Source of the DNA: Macrostomum lignano
Taxonomy: Eukaryota
Assembly (NCBI GenBank): GCA_002269645.1
Contig: NIVC01002152.1
Location: 62,001 to 126,000 of the forward strand
DNA length: 64,000 nucleotides
Direction of reading: 5' to 3'
The notes under the pieces: model-generated
What the model was told of the DNA's origin: nothing
Seen by the model: only the letters and a program-made list of their open reading frames with translations
Databases searched by the model: none
Shown: positions 59,937 to 64,000 of the stretch, in pieces
How the letters are laid out: every line of letters begins with the position of its first letter
Position numbering within the stretch: position 1 is the stretch's first letter
Made by a program: the position numbers and the translations under genes

Positions 59937-60782
59937 CAGTGTTGGGCACTGGTCTATTAATAAGCATTAATCCATTAATAAGCATTAATAAGCATTAAGA
60001 TTTTTCATTAATGTTAATGGACTGCCATTAAGATTTTTTGAACTAACGGATTAACAAATTTGTGTTAATTATTTTGTGAGTTCACAACAAATTAATCATT
60101 AATGTCAATGACAGTGTCAAGACTAACAACACAGAAAAAAACAAAAATACAAGTCTGACAAGAAGTTACAACATTACAAATGTATTCAATCAAATTTACC
60201 TAAATGCCTAATTAATCTCTTTTTTATGACAATGATCATGCAGATGTAACAACTTACTAATGAACTTTAATAATGAATTAAAATTGTGAACTTTTTTGCT
60301 TGTGCTTGAGCATCGATTGCTTTGATTCACTTCTTTGCCAATCTTTTGTAACTTTCTGCTACACCTGCTAATGCTATTGAAACAACCTTATTTGTATTTT
60401 ATCATTAACTAATTAGCTTTTCAAGTTTCAAATAAATAAGTTACTTTGTTTACCATGTGCTTACTTTTAGTAGTATTGTACTTACAAGTTTTTACTATTA
60501 TTATTTTTTATTTTTTAGCTTGTAAATCTGTTGGGTGACCTGTGTTTTACTAAAAAAATAGAAAAGCAAAAGCAGTGCATTTTAAAGTCTGTTTTAAAAA
60601 GATGTGCAAGACTTCTGAATTTTGTGTTAACTTTAATGGATTAATGCTTATTAATGATTATCAGTTAATTTTCAGTTAACTTAACAAAATTAAGAGTTAA
60701 AAAGTTAAGTTTTTTTCATTTTAACATTAATGCTTTTGTTTTTAATGGAAGTTAAGATTTTCATTAACAGTGCCCAACACTG
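59937..60782. mobile_element. hAT MITE with perfect 8-bp TSD
   Basis: TIR CAGTGTTGGGCACT / AGTGCCCAACACTG; TSD ATTAGATA at 59929-59936 and 60783-60790; subterminal CATTAA repeats. Confidence 0.9.
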
Positions 60783-62199
60783 ATTAGATATAATCTATAA
60801 GTTTCTAAGTCTATAATACAGTTTACCAAAGTATATTTGTTTTATTCTACCTGTTTCTAATATTTATTTATTTATTTAAATTAAGAACATTGGCTATAGG
60901 AATCTATGGAATAAGACAAAAAACTACCATATTTCTGTAGTCATAGTCATAAGAGCAGCTATCTACTATAAGGCATATTTGTAGTTGCTGTAGGCACCTA
61001 TTTTACCATCTTTGCTATAAGATCCTATAGCCATAGCTGTAACTATGGCAGAACCTGGCATATTACAATAGCTATACCATATTAAGTGTGTGCGCTATTG
61101 CATTAGTGTATTCTTATAGTCTAGATTATGCTAGGTGCATGCTTGAACAAATTGGAATAATTATAAATGCATGCCAAAAAAATTTGCAACCACACCCATA
61201 TTCTCAAATTTAATCTGGTATTATGACAATAAATGCCTTTTTTGCATTGTGGTTTTTGCTTGATTCTTGGTAAATTAAACAAATAATTAAAATTTAAAAT
61301 AGGACCACTTTAGTTATACATGCACAATCTCCCTGATTTACACTGGCTATGCAATTTACTTTTTGACCAAAATGCAATTTACCTATAAAGGAAACCCTAA
61401 AGCAAAAATTAATGCAAATTTGGGTAAATAGGAAGAGTAACCATGACTGTCTTATTAGGGTCTAAATGCCTTATCATCTAATTAGTACTATATCTGTATT
61501 CTTTTGGGTGGACATTTTTGCAACTTACCCCTTATCCATCAAAATTTATAGTAGCCAGATCAGCCAGGTTGGCTAGTAGTTGTGCATGTATAACTTTAGT
61601 CCTTTAGGTAAAGTTTTAGCCAATATTTTTGATAATTTTCAATTCCAAATACTAAATCCAATATACTAAGAATCAGATATACTATAGGGGGATATCTAGG
61701 TAAAAACATAGCATGATAATAGTGATAATAGACATAGTGTGATTTGATTTAGTAGTTTTTTATTTCCTAAGATATTAGAAGCATGTTTTTCTAATATGCA
61801 TTAGAAAAAATATGCATATGCAAAAGCATAATAAGAATGCTACAGAAAAAACTGACTGGTTGAATCCTGATTCTGAAATAAATTGCATCATAACTGAATT
61901 GTAACTTCAACTTGAATTGAAAATGCAGTGTGGAAGCGTAGCACCATATTGTTAACTGATACTGACTGACTGAGAAATTAATTATCTCATAACTGCTTTG
62001 TGTGATTTACTCTATGCTTGGAGTTTAAAGTGTTGAATTATATAAGCACTAAATTTCATGCTATCAAAACAATGAGAGCTAGCCTAGAGGTAAATAGACC
62101 AAACTGCTAAATTCAGCGATGATGGTTCAAATTTTCTTAGAGTAGAATTGTTAAATTAATGCTTCTAAAAACTAAAACTAAAAAACTTTTTAAAAAGAA

Positions 62200-63600
62200 G
62201 TGTCATATAAAAATTATAGAAGTGTCATATAAAAAAATCATAAAAGCATCATGTAAAAAATTATAGAGGTGTCATGTAAAAAATTCAAGAAATGTTGTAA
62301 AAATTCCAGAAACGTCATGTAAAAAATTATAGAAGGGTCATGTAAAAATAATAATAAAAGAAAGAATAATAAAAGAAGTGTCATGTCAGACATAAAAGAA
62401 GTATTGTGTAAAAATCAAAAGAAGCATAATGTCAAAAATAAAAGAAGCATCACATAAAACTGTGCTGTGACTCTTAAGGAGAATTACTCCTCAAGGCACA
62501 CTCAAGGCTCACAGAGAATAACTGAGATGTAAAGGATTATAGTGGGATTTCTGAGATGTCAAGGCAAAAGTCAAGCTACATGTACTGTGCTCAATTTTTT
62601 TTTATATTCTTTGTTGGCTTGCCACGGGGGGCGCTGATAAAAGAAGCATCATGTAAAAAGAAAAGAAGCATTATGTAGACATAAAAAAGAGTCATGTCGA
62701 AGTTAAAAGATTCATTTGGGAATTGCTACAATGTCAAAGCTTGGAGGGAATCGCTATAGTGCTGTGATTCTTGGGGAGGAATCACTAAAATGTCAAGGCT
62801 TAGGGGAGAAGAACTTTTGCAATGTAAAGGCTTTGACAGGTGACAGGTGATTTTTCAGATTTCAAGGTTTATGGGGGGCATTGCTAAGATGTCAAGACTT
62901 GCAAGGGGAATAGCTGAGATGTCAAGGCTCCCAAGGGATTGCTAAAGTTATTGCAAAGAGAAGCTGTAGTTTAAACAGGTATAAACATGTAGTTTATTCT
63001 AAAGTAGAATAAAGCCTTGACAAAAGAAGCGTCATGTCAGTCAGACATGAAGGAAGTGTAATATCAGAAATGAAACTGTGAAACTGTGCTATGACTTTTG
63101 AGGAGAATTACTATGATGTCAAAGCTTATGGGGGAATAGCTAAGATGTCAAGGCTCATAGGGGAATAAATGAGATGTCAAGGCTAAAGTCAGAAGCTATA
63201 TGTAGTTTATTCAACTTTATTCACTGATAAAAAAGTTCATTTAAAAAAACAAAAGAAGCGTCATGTCAAAGTTAAGAGATTTATTTGGGAATATCTACAA
63301 TGTTGAGGGTTGCAGGGAATTGATATGATGATGTAGTGCTATAATGACTCTTGGTGAGAATTACTAAAATGTCAATGCTTAAGGGTTAGGGTTAGGCTAG
63401 GGTTAAGGTTATATTAAGGTTATATTAGGCTAGGGTTAGGCTTAGAAGCTAGGTTGACCAATTTTTTAAGATGTCAAGGGGGGGTTGATATGTTAAAGCT
63501 TGAGGCGGAATTGCTGACACGTCAAGGTTTACAAGGGACTACTAAGGTATAATGCAAAGAAATGCTACATGTAGTTCATTAAAAAACTTTTACTGCATTT
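62200..63600. repeat. Old degenerate tandem duplication (~570-630-bp unit) built from AGATGTCAAGGCT-like subunits
   Basis: AAACTGTGCT...GGAGAATTACT at ~62455 and ~63080; GTCATGTC.AAGTTAA.AGATT.ATTTGGGAA at ~62690 and ~63260. Confidence 0.6.
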
Positions 63601-64000
63601 TTTTGGCTCCCCAATGGGGGGTGCTGATTGCTAGTATGAGCTAAAATAAAACAGAATTTTAAATTTAATTAAAAAGGCCTTAAAATGCAACAAAATTGAT
63701 CTGTTAATTTAAATTTTAATTTAATTTGAATTTTACTAGATTTTTTAGTATTACTACACACTAGTGCTCCACTATATAGGTATTTTTATATCAAACAAAT
63801 ATAAGACTTAGTGCTAAAATTTGTATTTTAGCTTTGCACATAGTGCATGCTCCAAAAGAGATGATAAAAAATATACTATACTATATAAAAATATACTATG
63901 TATAGTAGAAAATTGATGCACACAAACATTTGTTTTAATGCCTTATTACAAACTTAAAAACTGGAAAGCTTGCAATTTATGCTTAAAAATGAACTTTTTA

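Noticed and set aside
55846-64000. Further HCF1 exons
   Set aside because: I found no segment encoding the expected continuation (ATNQWF-like); the short ORFs at 56169 and 59568 are not recognisable.

Overview
Eukaryotic (animal) genomic DNA with six intron-containing genes, assembled by hand from splice sites and frame continuity. (1) A 3-exon SPEC3/Stum-family membrane protein (+, 539-3871) whose tail carries two PPxY motifs and a PSAP motif. (2-4) A head-to-tail cluster of three divergent ERR/NR3-like nuclear receptors (-, 8815-11261, 13510-19717, 21832-24430). They have altered P-boxes, D-box loops expanded to 21, 12 and 8 residues, and six introns of which none is shared. (5) A 9-exon CSPP1 orthologue (-, 27441-52920) in which every intron holds its own tandem repeat, including a ~14 kb 23/25-bp satellite in intron 1. 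(6) The first exon of a host cell factor (HCF1) orthologue (+, 55677-55845), divergent from CSPP1. Up to ~53 kb the non-coding DNA is dominated by private minisatellites; beyond ~53 kb it is AT-rich and holds DNA-transposon relics (mariner, hAT-type MITEs). A CORE-type tRNA SINE and a foldback-like element are also present. The GC-rich Ala/Gln-rich exons and minisatellite-filled introns suggest a Macrostomum-like flatworm, but that is inference only. Most ORFs in the supplied track are translation artefacts of tandem repeats.
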